From Malacoraja senta (Eukaryota): a stretch of DNA of 64,000 nt. A program made the translations under genes and the position numbers. This document shows positions 1-13,454 of this stretch, one piece after another (positions within the stretch are counted from its first letter, which is position 1; every line of letters starts with the position of its first letter). The DNA lies in assembly GCA_038087875.1 (NCBI GenBank), contig CM075999.1:1676001-1740000 (forward strand), read 5' to 3'. Under the pieces are notes generated by a model. It was not told where the DNA came from, did no database searches, and saw only the letters and a program-made list of their open reading frames with translations.

Positions 1-109
1 CTACCTTCGATTTTCCAGCATCTGCAGTTCCTTCTTGAACATTCCACCTCTTCATTCCCTTTAATCTCACTACCCCGTTAACCCCTGACAAAACAAACAG
101 GCAAAGTAT

Positions 110-452
110 GGCTTGGATAGAGTGGATGTGGAGAGGATGTTTCCACTAGTGGGAGAGTCTAGGACTCGAGGACATAGCGTCAGAATTAAAGGACATTCTT
201 TTAGGAAGGAGATGAGGAGAATTTTCTTTCGTCAGAGGGTGGTGAATCTGCCACAGAAGGCTATGGAGGCCGTCAGTGGATATTTTTAAGGCAGAGATAG
301 ATCGATTCTTGATTAGTACAGGAGTCAGAGGTTATGGGGACAAAGCAGGAGAACGGGGTTAGGAGGGAGAGATAGATCAGCCATGATTGAATGGCAGAGT
401 AGACTTGATGGGCCGAATGGCCTAATTCTACTCCTATCACTTATGACCATAT
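110..452 (+). mobile_element. CR1 3' fragment
   Basis: ORF2 C-terminus homology and GGGCCGAATGGCCTAATTCT 3' end. Confidence 0.85.
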
Positions 453-782
453 GACCTTGAAATAACACATGAAAGTGTGTGGTGTTGGTCACTGAATCAT
501 TAACCTTAAAGCATTTGTGGGAATTGCCTAATGCCATTGCAATTCAACTCCAGTGAGGCCCTTGAGTATGTAATCCCCCCCACATTGTAAACGGTCTTTT
601 AAACTCTAGTTACTTTGCAGACATTCACATGTTCCTTGGTTGCTTGCTCTCAGGTCAGTCAGAGGGAGAGGTTTGCAGGGAGTTCATGGGCACAAGATAA
701 TAGGTTGCAGGAAATTTTATGGAAATTGAGAATGTTGGAAATGGTCTGAGAACCAGTGAAGGCTCAAAGGGCAAAATGGTTT

Positions 783-1087
783 ACTTTAGTTTAGAGATAC
801 AACGCGGAGAGAGGCCCTTCGGCCCACCGAGTCTGCACCGACCAGTGACCCCCGCACATTAACACTACCTTACACAGACTGGGGACAATTTACGTTTATA
901 CCAAGCCAATTAACCTACAAACCTGCACGACTTTGGAGATCAGGAGGAAACTGAAGATCTCGGAGAAAACCCACGCAGGTCATGGGGAGAACGTACAAAC
1001 TCTGTACAGACAAGCACCCGTGGTCAGGATCGAACTCGGGTCTCTGGCGCTGTAAGGCAGAAGCTCTACCGTTGTGCCATCGTGCCA
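783..1087 (-). mobile_element. tRNA-derived V-SINE (HE1-like)
   Basis: A/B-box head, central GGGTTTTCTCC..TTTCCTCC..CTCCAAAG domain, CR1-like 3' end, (CTAAA)n tail. Confidence 0.9.
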
Positions 1088-1757
1088 TTTCTCCCCCATC
1101 TTAGGAATGAGAACATGGGAAAATATTAACTTGCGCAATAGCATCTACACAACCAGGCCCTGCACTTTGGCAAGCCTATTTAATTAATCCCACCAGTTTA
1201 CTCTTACATCAGTCCTACAATGTCTTCACTTTCAATTATATATTCAGTTCTCCTCTGAATTATTGAATCTATTCTTGGCATCATTGAAAGCAATGCATTC
1301 CAGCTTATTGCAACTTGTGCGGAACAATTCTCCTCATCATCTTCCCTTGGTCTTTTTTGCCAATTATTTTAAATCTGGTTTCTGATATTTCTGCCAGCGT
1401 TTCCCTTTAAAAAAAAAAAACTACAAGGTAATCGTCACATGTAGGTATCCCAAAGAGTCTCACGGATAGGACTTGTCACATTGCACCAAAGAAAAGATAC
1501 ACTGCTGGATTAAGTCAAGCCAAGCTCATTGGCATTTTCACAAACACAGGGAGGTAGAGGTTGACCCAAAACGTCACCTATCCATGATCTCCAGAGATGC
1601 TGACTGACCTGTTGAGTTACTCCAGCACCTTGTGTCCTACGTACATACATGAAGTATCATTCATTTATGCAGTGAAAGTCTTCCTTGCCATCGCATCCAT
1701 CACAGGCACATCAACACTCAACAACACACAGAAAGGCCTACTCCTGCACCTTTTGTC

Positions 1758-2155
1758 TATTAAGGATGAGAGGTGATCTTATTGAAACATATAAGATTAT
1801 TAAGGGATTGGATAAGCTAGAGGCAGGAAACATGTTACTGATGTTTGGGGAGTCCAGAACCAGGGGTTACAGTTTAAGAATAAGGGGTAGGCCATTAAGA
1901 ATCGAGATGAGGAAAAAACGTTTTCACCCAGAGAGTTGTGAATCTGTGGAACTCTCTGCCTCAGAAGGCAGTGGAGGCCAATTCTCTGGATGCTTTCAAG
2001 AGAGAGTTAGAGAGAGCTCTTTAAGATAGTGGAGTCAAGGGATATGGGTAGAAGGCAGGAACGGGGTACTGATTGTGGGTGATCAGCCATTATCACAGTG
2101 AATAGCTGGCTCGAAGGGCCGAAAGGCCTACGCCTGCACCTATTGTCTATTGTCA
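1758..2155 (+). mobile_element. CR1 3' fragment
   Basis: RMRGDLIETYKIIKG... Confidence 0.88.
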
Positions 2156-3344
2156 TACTGTACGTCATACATAAATTCTCAAAGACCATGAAACAAAAGT
2201 GACTACAAAAATAAAGAAAAGAGTGAAAACATACACAATTAGAAAACAAGTCTATGGTGGTGAAGAGATGATCTGTAGTGTTCCGTCACAGCGGTAGGAT
2301 AAGGGTTGTGAAGGTCGGTTCAAGAACCTGATAGTTGTAGGAAAGTAGCTGTTCCTGAACCAGGAGATTCAATGTGGGATTTCAGGATTCTCTACCTCTT
2401 GCCCAAAGGCTGTGGTGGGAATTGGGTATGGGATGGTTGGGATCCTGATTGATAAATATCAATAAAGGATGCCCGAGAGAGATATGGAGAGAGATGGGGA
2501 GAGACGGAAAATGAGGCAGAGAGATGTAGAAATTAAGTGCCGGAGATTGGTATCCAAGGCATTGTAGTCAAGGTTAAGGAACACAATATTCCAAAACTTG
2601 GAGAACACTTGGAGGGGGTTATTTAACATTAAAGTTACAAATTAAATCAGAAACAAACACATTTACAATTGCTTAAGAAGGAACTGCAGATGCTGGAAAA
2701 TTGAAGGTAGACAACTGGAAAAACTCAGTGTGTGAGGCAGCATCTATGGAGCAAAGGAAATAGGCAACGTTTCAGGTTGAAATCCTCAATTGCTATGGTC
2801 CTCATCAGAGTAAGTATGGAGTGATATAAATAGTTTTGCCATTCAGGCAGGTGAATATTGATCTGGATACAAATGATTTGTTGTGCTTGATGTTCTAAGC
2901 ACTTGGATTGAGTGCTACCTTTGCAAGATTCAAGGAGCAGATTACTGAAACCTCTTCAAGTGGAGGGAGAAGTTGCTAAGGCTTAAGGAATAGCTGGAGG
3001 CTTGACCCAGTTCTTTGTTCCATACATTTGTACCTTAGCCAACATCTTTAAAAGTGGAGAAAAAAAGAACTGCAGATGCTGGCTAAAACCAAAGATGAGC
3101 TAGGAAGTGAGCAGAGGTCCTGCAGTTTGAAGGGGTGAGATTAGAACAGGTAAGGGGAGTTACACTGCCTGACCCGCTGAGTTACTCCAGCACTTTGTCC
3201 ATCCTTAAAAATGGATTCTATTTTATCGTGGAACTAGCTCCAAGCTAATTGCTTGCTATATTATAACAATGCCTTTACTTTAAAAGTGGTGACTGTAACG
3301 TGTTCTGAGAGGATGTGAGATGTCTTGTGGTCACAAGTAGTGTT

Positions 3345-3812
3345 ATAGGTCATAAAGAATGGTAGTAGAATTAGGCCATTCGGCCCATCAAGTCTACCCC
3401 GCCATTCAATCATGGCTGGTCTATCTCTTCCTCCAAACCCCATTCTCCTGCCTTCTCCCCATAACCTCTGACTCCTGAACCAATCAAGAATCTATCTATC
3501 TCTGCCTTAAAAGGATCCACTGACTTGGCCCCCACAGCCTTCTGTGGCAAAGAATTCCACAGATTCACCACCCTCTGACTAAAGAAATTTCTCCTCATCT
3601 CCTTCCTAAAAGAATGTCCTATAATTCTGAGGCTACGACCTCTGGTCCTGGACTCTCCCACTAGTGGAAGCATCCTCTCCACATCCACTCTATCCAAGCC
3701 TTTCACTATTCTGTACGTTTCAATGAGGTCCCCCCTCATTCTTCTAAACTCCAGCGAGTACAGGCCCAGTGCCGACAAACGCTCATCACAGGTTAACCTA
3801 CTCATTCCTGGG
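3345..3812 (-). mobile_element. CR1 3' fragment
   Basis: GLYSLEFRRMRGDLIE...FFSQRVVNLWNSLP. Confidence 0.9.
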
Positions 3813-4255
3813 CAAAATACTAATGCAAATGTTTATTCTTTAAGACCTGACTGAAACAAACCTGTAGTGCAGCAGATTTTTTAAGCAATGTGTTATCAAT
3901 AAGTTACTAACTTGACTTTACATAATTCATTTACCTACAGGCGTCACTTGGAAGGCATAAATTTATAGAACTGATTCGACTTGCTAAACAGTTAACAATC
4001 AGATACTTGGAGTCACAAAGAGGGCAGAAAGCACAAGAATTATATATTTCATTTCCTAAAGGACATTGGTGAACCAGATATCATTTTATAACAATTCAGA
4101 GGTAACATAGTCACTTTACTGAAGCTAATCTGGTAACATAATCACTCTGCGTTCGTATGCAACAGGTAATTGTGCAGTTTACATGTTAATCTCAATAGGG
4201 ATGATGTGTATTCCATTGCCATCTGGAATTTGAATACAGAAACTAAATTAATGAG

Positions 4256-4548
4256 GGGCAGCACGGTGGCTCAGCGGTAGAGTTGCTGCCTTACAGCGCC
4301 AGGTTCCATCCTGCCTACGGGTGCTTGTTTGTACGGAGTTTGTACGCTCTCCCCATAACCTGTGTGGGTTTTCACCAAGAACTTCGGTTTCCTCCCTTAC
4401 TCCAAAAACTTTAGGTTTGTAGGTTAATTGGCTTGGTATAAATGTAAATTATCCCTCGTGCTGGATAGCATTAATGTGCGCGGTTCGCTGGTCAGTGCGG
4501 ACTCGGTGGGCCGAAGGGCCAGTTTCCACGCTGTATCTCTAAATTAAA
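4256..4548 (+). mobile_element. V-SINE (HE1-like)
   Basis: Same structure. Confidence 0.9.
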
Positions 4549-4649
4549 CCATATGGAGAAAGTACGTATGTTTGAAGTAGCTCATGAACATATTGTGTTT
4601 TTCTTTCTAGTGGGTGCAAAATGCTCTGAGAATCAGACTAAGACACCAA

Positions 4650-5300
4650 CAGCAAACCGAGGAGCCACAAACCAGTCTTCATCGAAACAGGTCGATAAAA
4701 TTTCCCGAGCGTGCACATCTCCGAAGATCTGTCCTAGACCGAGCACATTGGTGCAATCGTAAAGAAAGCCCATCAACACCTCTACTTCCTTGGAAGATTG
4801 AGGAGATTCGGTGTGTCGACAAATGTCCTCGAACTTCCACGGGTGTACGCGAGAGAGAATATTGACTGGTTGTATCACGGCCTGGTTCGGCAACTTGAAT
4901 GCCCAGGGATGAAGGAGATTACGAAAAAGTGATGAACACTGCCCAGTCCATCACAGGTACTGATCTCCCCACCAGTGGAGCAGTCTCAACACAGCAACCA
5001 GCAACAAGGACCCACGCCACCTCCCACTCCTGTCATTGGGAAGGTGGTATAGGAGTCTGAAAACTAATGTCCAGCTTCAGGAACAACTTCTTCCCAACCA
5101 CCATCAGGCTATTGAACATGACAAACTCCAACCTGCCTGGTTTGCACTGGGGACTTTGGGCTTGGTTTTTTAAATTGAACTTTTGAGTTTGTTTATTATA
5201 TTATCTATTAAGTACTACAGAGTATCTGTTAAGTAGATTACAAACCTGATGTGCTGCTGCTGCTGCTGCTGCTGCTGCAGGAAAGAAGTTCATTGTTTCA
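4650..5300 (+). mobile_element. Degenerate Rex1/Babar LINE 3' fragment
   Basis: Frameshifted homology to the Rex1 C-terminus (HKPVFI, VHISEDLS, LTGCITAWFG, FRNNFFP). Confidence 0.8.
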
Positions 5301-5347
5301 TTTCAGGGCGAAGTGCCATTTTAGCACGTTTTAGTGTCGTTTTATGG

Positions 5348-5612
5348 AGGCACAGTGACTCAGCAGTAGAGTTGCTGCCTTACAACGCCAGGGACCCAGG
5401 TTCGATCCTGACTACGGGTGTTGTCTGTACGGAATTTACAGGTGACCGCGTGGGTTTTCTCCAGGCGCTATGGTTTCCTCCCACACTCCAAAGACGTGCG
5501 GTTTTGTTGTTTAATCGGCCTCTGTATATTGTCCTTAGCGTGTAGGATAGAACTAGTGTATGGGTGATCATTGGTCGGCATGGACATGGTGGCCACGCTG
5601 TATCTCTAAACA
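5348..5612 (+). mobile_element. V-SINE (HE1-like)
   Basis: Same structure. Confidence 0.88.
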
Positions 5613-6004
5613 AAGCTTAATAACAGGGCATAGTCCTTAATAACATATACTGTAACACTCGCGACCCCAATTGACCTTTAGTGCCACCTGGAAATGGTCA
5701 GTGAGTGTGGCTCAGGGAGGTTGGGGTTAGTCAGAGTGCGATATAATCAAGCACAATAAAGTCCTCATACTATATTCATACACAACTTTTCTCTTAAATA
5801 TTGTCAGCTCATCGTTGGGGATGATCAGCCATAATCACATTGAATGGCGGTGCTGGCTCGAAGGGCCAAATTGCCTACTCCTGCACTTATTGTCTATTAT
5901 CGTCATCCTCTCTTCTTGGTTCACCGAGGCTTATTTCAATGGCCTTACTTTGCCCAGATGAGGTTAATTGAAACAATTAGTGCACTCTCACCATGACCCT
6001 TATA

Positions 6005-6360
6005 GAGGCCTGGATAGAGTGGATGTGGTGAGGAGGTTTCCACTAGTGGGAGAGTCGAGGACCAGAGGTCATAGCCTCAGAATGAAAGGATGTTCCTTTA
6101 GGATGGAGATGGGGAGGAATTTCTTTAGTCAGAGGGTGGTGAATCTGTGGAATTCATTGCCACAGAAGGCTGTGGAGGCCAAGTCAATTGATATTTTTAA
6201 GGCGGAGATGGACAGATTGTTGATTAGCATGGGTGTCATGGGGTTATGGGGAGAAGGCAGGAGAATGGGGTTAAGAAGGAAAGATAGATCAGCCATGATT
6301 GAATGGTGGAGTAGACCTGATGTGCCAAATGGCCTAATTCTGCTCCGATCACATGACCAT
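6005..6360 (+). mobile_element. CR1 3' fragment
   Basis: SRTRGHSLR...FFSQRVVNLWNSLP. Confidence 0.88.
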
Positions 6361-7295
6361 AGTTGCCAGCATCATTAAAATGTGTCATTATTTCACTCAT
6401 GTTTGTGGGATCGTACAAGGCAAAATTGGCCAGCGCGCTTGCAACTTGTGATGTCCAGAGGTTATGAAATATTCTCTCTTGCAGATTGCAATTCTCCAAA
6501 TTATTATTCGGAAAGAGCCACTATGATTCACATCCACTTCCCCCACCCAAAGTGTTGAGATTCTTGGACTGTACTTCATTTAAAACAAAAACAACAAAAA
6601 ATGGCGTTGCAAAAAGAGATTCCCCCACATGCCTGTGAGGAACAGCAAGGACTTTAAATGAGGTACAAATTGAAATACCTCCCCGAGTATTGTGGTCACC
6701 TGTGAGCAAATCCCTTACAATGTCGGCAATGTTCATGATGTCAGGGGACAGTTATGCCAGATAAAGTTTTACAGTGTTGACAATGCCCCTTGTAAAGCTG
6801 TCCAGGTTGTTTATATCACTGGGTAATCAGCGGTTCCCAGGGAGGACAATCCAAGTCCATTGGCATGCAACAAGTTTTCACATTGATTAAGGGATTAGCT
6901 TCCTCCAGCCCCATGAGCAGCAGAAATTTACTAACCTTCGCTAATCTCTTTATAATTTATGATTGGATTGCAAACTATTGCCCTTGAGACATTAGCTAAC
7001 GTCAATGCAAATACCTATCTCACTCCACAGGGCATTAGGCATTTTAATTGATAGAGAACCATTCTAGTCACATAACAGCAACGCCTGGTATTATATTCCA
7101 TTAAAGCCGCAGCTCTCCGTAATTAATACTTGTGAAGCCACAAACATACTGCACCTTCACTACAACGCCTTGGTATAAGACTCTATGGACTGTTATTTCT
7201 AGCTAATGAACTGTGACTGCTAATAGAACAGAGCAGTACAGCACAGGAACAGGCCCTTTGGCCCACAGTGTCCGTGCCGATCCGGATGCCAAAGA

Positions 7296-7590
7296 CGGCA
7301 CAGTGGCGCAGCGGTAGAGTTGCTGCCTTACAGCACCCGAGACCCGGGTTCGATCCTGAATACCGACCGGCTGCTGTCTGCACGGAGTCTGTACATTCTC
7401 CCAGCGACCGTGTTGGTTTTTTCCGGGTGCCCTGCTTTCCTCCGACATTCTAAAGACGTGTAGGTCGGTAGGTTAATTGGCCTCTGAAAATTGTCCCTCG
7501 AGTGTAGGATAGAACAAGCGCACAGGTGATCGCTGGTCAGTACACAGTGGGCCGAAGGGACTGGTTCCAAGCTGTATCTCTAAACCAAAA
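7296..7590 (+). mobile_element. V-SINE (HE1-like)
   Basis: Same structure. Confidence 0.88.
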
Positions 7591-9289
7591 TGAAACTTAA
7601 ACAAATCTTTACTGCCTGCACGTGATCCATATCCACATGCCTCGCTAAAACCCTCTTTCAAACACAATTGAGTTTGCACCCACCAGCAATCCAGTGTGAT
7701 GGTAAAAATTATCTTACTAAGTATACTAGTTAAAACATACACAGGGAGAACAAGAGAACAAGGCATCTTGAATGTGTTCTCATTTTGTCTTGTAGCAAGA
7801 GTCAAGCATAACCAGAGAGCAGTGCTGAACTACTATCTACCTCTTTGGTGACCATGGGACTATCCTTGATCGGACTTCACCTTGCACTGAATGTTATTCC
7901 CCTATCATGTATCTATGCACTGTAAATGGATCGATTGTAATCATGTATTGTCTTCTGCACGCACCAAAGCTTTTCACTGCATCTCAGCACACGCGTCAAT
8001 AAACTAAACGGAACTGAACCTCAAATGGAATTTCACCCATTTATTGATTTTGATCGGGCAAAATACAGAGGACAGAAATTGCTAACTGTGGCCATGATTA
8101 ATCATTTCCTTCTCAGATGTACCATCTTTTCATCAGGTTATTCGACGCTCGTTGCATTGCACGCTTTCCAAAGATAGATGGATAGTCATCTGAGAGCCCC
8201 AAGGGTGTTGGTGTTACCTTGGTGCTCCAGATCGGAACAGTTCATATTACCCTCTTCTCTACAGAGTCTATCGAAGCAGCCATTTAAAAAAATTCTCTGC
8301 ACCTTGGCAATAAAATCTTAGAATAATATTGTTGAACAGAATACATGTGAATAACCACGTTCATGTCAGGAGTCTCTACTTGCTCCATTTATAGCTCAAC
8401 TCTTCTACCTCAATGCCATTTGCTAGAACAACATATAGTGATGCATACATTTCATTTTGTCTCCTATTTGGATACAATTGTGCTTCAACTTTCAATCTAC
8501 TTTCCATTTGGGTCTTCTACTTTATAGCAATACTACCTTCTTTAGTCAGAGGGTGGTGAATCTGTGGAATCCTTTGCCACAGAAGACTGTGGAGGCCACG
8601 TCAATGTTTTTAAGGCAGAGATAGATTCTTGATCAGTACGGGTGTCAGAAGTTGTGGGGAGAAGGCAGCAGAAAGGAGTTAAGAGGGAGATATAGATCAG
8701 CCATGATTGAATGGCGGAGTAGACTTGATGGACCAAATGGCCTAATTCTGCTCGTATGAACATACACTTGGGAATAAGTGCTCAACCTCTTATAGCTCAG
8801 GTCCTCAAATCATGTCAACATCCTTGTAAATATTCTCTGCACCCTTTGCCAGCTTCCAGTATTGTGAGATTAATTAGATAATGTTCTCAGTTGTGTGGTG
8901 AAGGAATTTAAACATGACCTTTTAACACAAAAGGCAAGAATTCTAGCGACACAGCGGCACCCCTTAAAACATATCCTATCAATCTGAGCCATCCAATCTC
9001 CAAACATTTTTATCTCAGAGTTTATGCACTTTGAAACTTTAACATTGCACCTGTTCTTTGGCCAAAAGTAAATACTGCAGAATGTGTTTATGGCTGCCAT
9101 TTAGGCTGTCAAAACTCCCAACGGTGGTGGATACGCTATAATATAACAGCTTGAATGATTACTGATCTAGTAACTACGATGAATGCATGTCAAAGGTTTT
9201 GGTTCATGTCCCACCATGGAAAATTTTAAATTCAGTTCATTTAATCAATGTGGTCAATTAATTAAATGCACTTTTTGTCAATGTGCATA

Positions 9290-9560
9290 AGCAGCTCAGT
9301 CCTGACGTTGGGTGCTGTCTGCGCGGAGTTTTCACGTTCTTCATGTGACCACATGGGTTTCCTCTGAGTGCTCCGGTTTTCTCCCACATCCCAAAGATAT
9401 GTGGGCTTGTAAATCAATTGGCTGCTGTAAATTGCCCGGGGTTTGTAGAGACTAGATGAGAAAGTGGGATAACATAGAACCAATGTGAATGGGTGATCGA
9501 TGGTCGATGTGGACTGGTGGGCTGAAGGGCCTGTATATATGCTGTATTTCTAAACTAAAC
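9290..9560 (+). mobile_element. V-SINE, 5'-truncated
   Basis: V-domain and tail. Confidence 0.8.
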
Positions 9561-9639
9561 AATAACGGCAAACTGATTTCCAATTTTGGTTCATTACTTT
9601 CTGCAGTGCTGGCTGCTCTCACTTCTGAACAAAATGGGG

Positions 9640-9945
9640 TTTAGTCTATTTTAGAGACAGAATGCGAAAACAGGCCATTCGGCCCACCGAGTCTACGCTG
9701 ACCAGCGATCCCTGCAAACTAATGCTATCCTACACACGCTAGGGAAAATTTACAATAATACCAATTAACCTGCAAACCTGTACATCATTGGAGTGTGGGA
9801 GGAAACCGGAGATCCCAGAGAAAACCCACGCAGGTCATGGGGAGAATGTACAAACTCTGTACAGACAAGCACCTGTAGTCAAGATCAAACCCTGGTCTCT
9901 CATGCTGCAAGGCACAAACTATACCACTGCGCCTCCGTGATGCCC
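9640..9945 (-). mobile_element. V-SINE (HE1-like)
   Basis: Same structure. Confidence 0.88.
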
Positions 9946-10656
9946 AGAAATGAGTTGTAAAAATGAATTTTACAGGAAAAATAACAGCATGTTAATAAAG
10001 CAGATTCATCAATTCAATCAATGACTAGATTTAGGCGATTAAGTGATACAATGAATTGATTCATAGGGTTACATTCTTGCTCTTTTCACGAACTTTGGAT
10101 TTCCACGTCAATAGCCCGTTAAGTTAATTAGAGAAAAGTTTGGACTCAATTGTTTTAAGCACCTTTTCAACAGTGTGTTAACAAATGATTATGCTGTCGA
10201 TCTGGTCCGCAAATGTTTACATGGAGACAGGCAGCACAGAAGCAGGCCCTTTGGCCCACTGAGTCCACACCAACCATCAAGCACTCTATCCACTAATCCT
10301 ATTTTATTTTCCTCAGCTCCTCCCTGATTCTAGAACTGACCTGCACACCTGGAGCCACCCAGCACATTAACCTGGCCATTATCAACCAGCGCCTGTTTGG
10401 GATGTGGGAGGAAACCGGAGTTTGTGCTGGAAACACACACACAATCACCGGGTGAATGTGCAAACTCACAGGGTGAATGTGAAATTACACTGACAGCACC
10501 AGATCATTGGAGCCCAGCCAACAGCTTATAAGGAATAGGAGTAGAATTAGGCCATTCGGCCCATCAAGTCTACTCCGCCATTCAATCATGAATGATTACC
10601 CGTTACCCCATTGTGAATATTTGACTTTGTCTAAGGAACTCATGCGCCATAATGCT

Positions 10657-10794
10657 TCTTCTTCTTGCGTATGGCGTGCACAGCCTAAAGTTGTAAGTCA
10701 ACTTGTTCTATTTGATCTTTTGTTTGTGCACGTCGGGTTGATTGCATTAGTCAAAACAGGGTGGACCACGTGAAGGTTGCAATCTCCCACCCCA
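10657..10794 (-). mobile_element. Short retroposon with (AAG)n tail
   Basis: TSD CCATAATGCT / CCATGATGCT at 10647-56 and 10795-804. Confidence 0.6.
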
Positions 10795-10865
10795 CCATGA
10801 TGCTGAGAACTACACTGTATATTCTGCTCTCTGTATCTTCCCCTTTGTTGGATCTATTGTTCTTA

Positions 10866-12985
10866 CATAGATAGATACATAGAAAATAGGTGCAGGAGTA
10901 GGCCATTCGGCCCTTCGAGCCTGCACCGCCATTCAATATGATCATGGCTGATCATCCAACTCAGTATCCCGTACCTGCCTTCTCTCCATACCCCCTGATC
11001 CCTTTAGCCACAAGGGCCACATCTAACTCCCGCTTAAATATAGCCAATGAACTGGCCTCAACTACCCTCTGTGGCAGAGAGTTCCAGAGATTCACCACTC
11101 TCTGTGTGAAAACGTTTTTTCTCATCTCGGTCTTAAAGGATTTCCCCTTATCCTTAAGCTGTGACCTCTTGTCCTGGACTTCCCCAACATCGGGAACAAT
11201 CTTCCTGCATCTAGCCTGTCCAACCCCATAAGAATTTTGTACGTTTCTATAAGATCCCCTCTCAATCTCCTAGATTCTAGCGAGTATAAGCCAAGTCTAT
11301 CCACTCTTTCTTCATATGAAAGTCCTGACATCCCAGGAATCAGTCTGGTGAACCTTCTCTGCACTCCCTCTATGGCTATAATGTCCTTCCTCAGATTTGG
11401 AGACCAAAACTGTACGCAATACTCCAGGTGTGGTCTCACCAAGACCCTGTACAACTGCAGTAGAACCTCCCTGCTCCTATACTCAAATCCTTTTGCTATG
11501 AAAGCTAACATACCATTCGCTTTCTTCACTGCCTGCTGCACCTGCATGACTACTTTCAATGACTGGTGTACCATGACACCCAGGTCTCGCTGCATCTCCC
11601 CTTTTCCTAATCGGCCACCATTTAGATAATAGTCTGCTTTCCTGTTTTTGCCACCAAAGTGGATAACCTCACATTTATCCACATTATACTGCATCTGCCA
11701 AACATTTGCCCACTCACCCAGCCTATCCAAGTCACCTTGCAGTCTCCTAGCATCCTCCTCACAGCTAACACTTCCCCCCAGCTTAGTGTCATCCGCAAAC
11801 TTGGAGATGTTGCCTTCAATTCCCTCATCCAGGTCATTAATATAAATTGTAAATAGCTGGGGTCCCAGCACTGAGCCTTGCGGTACCCCACTAGTCACTG
11901 CCTGCCATTGTGAAAAGGACCCGTTTACTCCTACTCTTCGCTTCCTGTTTGCCAGCCAGTTCTCTATCCACATCAATACTGAACCCCCAATACCGTGTGC
12001 TTTAAGTTTGAATACTAATCTCTTATGTGGGACCTTGTCGAAAGCCTTCTGAAAGTCCAGATACAACACATCCACTGGTTCTCCCCTATCCACTCTACTA
12101 GTTACATCCATGAAAAATTCTATAAGATTCGTCAGACATGATTTACCTTTCGTAAATCCATGCTGACTTTGTCCAATGATTTCACCACTTTCCAAATGTG
12201 CTGCTATCCCATCTTTAATAACTGACTGTAGCAGTTTCCCCACTACCGATGTTAGACTAACTGATCTGTAATTCCCCGTTTTCTCTCTCCCTCCCTTCTT
12301 AAAAAGTGGGGTTACGTTTGCTACCCTCCAATCCTCAGGAACTACTCCAGAATCTAAAGAGTTTTGAAAAATTATCACTAATGCATCCACTATTTCTGGA
12401 GCTACTTCCTTAAGTACTCTGGGATGCAGCCTATCTGGCCCTGGTGATTTATCGGCCTTTAATCCATTCAATTTACCCAACACCACTTCCCGACTAACCT
12501 GGATTTCACTCAGTTCCTCCATCTCCTTTGACCCGCGGTCCCCTGCTATTTCCGGCAGATTATTTATGTTTTCCTTAGTGAAGACGGAACCAAAGTAGTT
12601 ATTCAATTGGTCCGCCATATCCTTGTTCCCCATGATCAAATCACCTGTTTCTGACTGCAAGGGACCTACATTTGTTTTAACTAATCTCTTTCTCTTCACA
12701 TATCTATAAAAACTTTTGCAGTCAGTTTTTATGTTCCCTGACAGTTTTCTTTCATAATCTATTTTCCCTTTCCCAATTAAGCCCTTCGTCCTCCTCTGCT
12801 GGTCTCTGAATTTCTCCCAGTCCTCTGGTATGCTGCTTTTTCTGGCTAATTTGTACGCATCATCTTTTGCTTTGATACTATCCCTGATTTCCCTTGTTAT
12901 CCACGGATGCACTACCTTCCCTGATTTATTCTTTTGCCAAACTGGGATGAACAATTTTTGTAGTTCATCCATGCAGTCTTTAAGT
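10866..12985 (-). mobile_element. 5'-truncated CR1 LINE, young copy
   Basis: ORF2 RT portion plus 3'UTR GGCTCGAAGGGCCGAATGGCCTACTCCTGCACC and a short-repeat tail. Inserted into an older Rex1-type 3' fragment (10805-10865 / 12986-13090). Confidence 0.97.
11122..12972 (-). CDS. CR1 ORF2 reverse transcriptase (endonuclease part missing; frameshift near C-terminus)
   Basis: Motifs KSPGPD, YLDFQKAFDKV, SGVPQGSVLGP, KFADD and RPHLEYCVQFW. C-terminal RIRGNPLRPR is out of frame with RIRGKSFKTEMR seen in the sister copy at 29338-29742. Confidence 0.9.
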   Translation of the reverse strand: MDELQKLFIPVWQKNKSGKVVHPWITREIRDSIKAKDDAYKLARKSSIPEDWEKFRDQQRRTKGLIGKGKIDYERKLSGNIKTDCKSFYRYVKRKRLVKTNVGPLQSETGDLIMGNKDMADQLNNYFGSVFTKENINNLPEIAGDRGSKEMEELSEIQVSREVVLGKLNGLKADKSPGPDRLHPRVLKEVAPEIVDALVIIFQNSLDSGVVPEDWRVANVTPLFKKGGREKTGNYRSVSLTSVVGKLLQSVIKDGIAAHLESGEIIGQSQHGFTKGKSCLTNLIEFFMDVTSRVDRGEPVDVLYLDFQKAFDKVPHKRLVFKLKAHGIGGSVLMWIENWLANRKRRVGVNGSFSQWQAVTSGVPQGSVLGPQLFTIYINDLDEGIEGNISKFADDTKLGGSVSCEEDARRLQGDLDRLGEWANVWQMQYNVDKCEVIHFGGKNRKADYYLNGGRLGKGEMQRDLGVMVHQSLKVVMQVQQAVKKANGMLAFIAKGFEYRSREVLLQLYRVLVRPHLEYCVQFWSPNLRKDIIAIEGVQRRFTRLIPGMSGLSYEERVDRLGLYSLESRRLRGDLIETYKILMGLDRLDAGRLFPMLGKSRTRGHSLRIRGNPLRPR

Positions 12986-13454
12986 TTTTCTTGAGTTTGA
13001 CCTGATTGTATCTATGTTTGGTATATCGGATCTGTTTCGATAGCATGCTAAACAAAGCTTTTCATTGTTTACGGAACATTTGAGAATAATAGCCCTCAAC
13101 CTAGTTCCCCACTTTCCCAATCTTTCAAACATTTATCCATCTACACAGACTAGGGGCAATTTTACATTTACACCGAGCCAATTAACCTACAAACTTGTTC
13201 GTCTTTGGAGTGTGGGAGGAAACCGAAGATCTGGGAGAAAACCCACGCAGGTCGCGGGGAGGACGTACAAACTCCGTACAGACAGCACCTGTAGTCAAGA
13301 CCGAACACAGGCCTCTGGCACTGCAAGGCAGCCACTCTACCGCTGCGCCACCATGGAAGGAAATTAAGAGGCATACAGAGAAAATGGTACAAGGATCTGC
13401 TCAAAAGATTCCTTGAGGAAATGTAACCTTCCTATGGACTCATAAGAACTCATG

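Noticed and set aside
4256..4330. tRNA genes at SINE heads
   Set aside because: A/B boxes run directly into the V-domain and LINE tail; these are SINE heads, not cloverleaf tRNAs.
4611..4690. Plus-strand exon after ttttctttctag
   Set aside because: The second half is Rex1-derived and the donor is weak.
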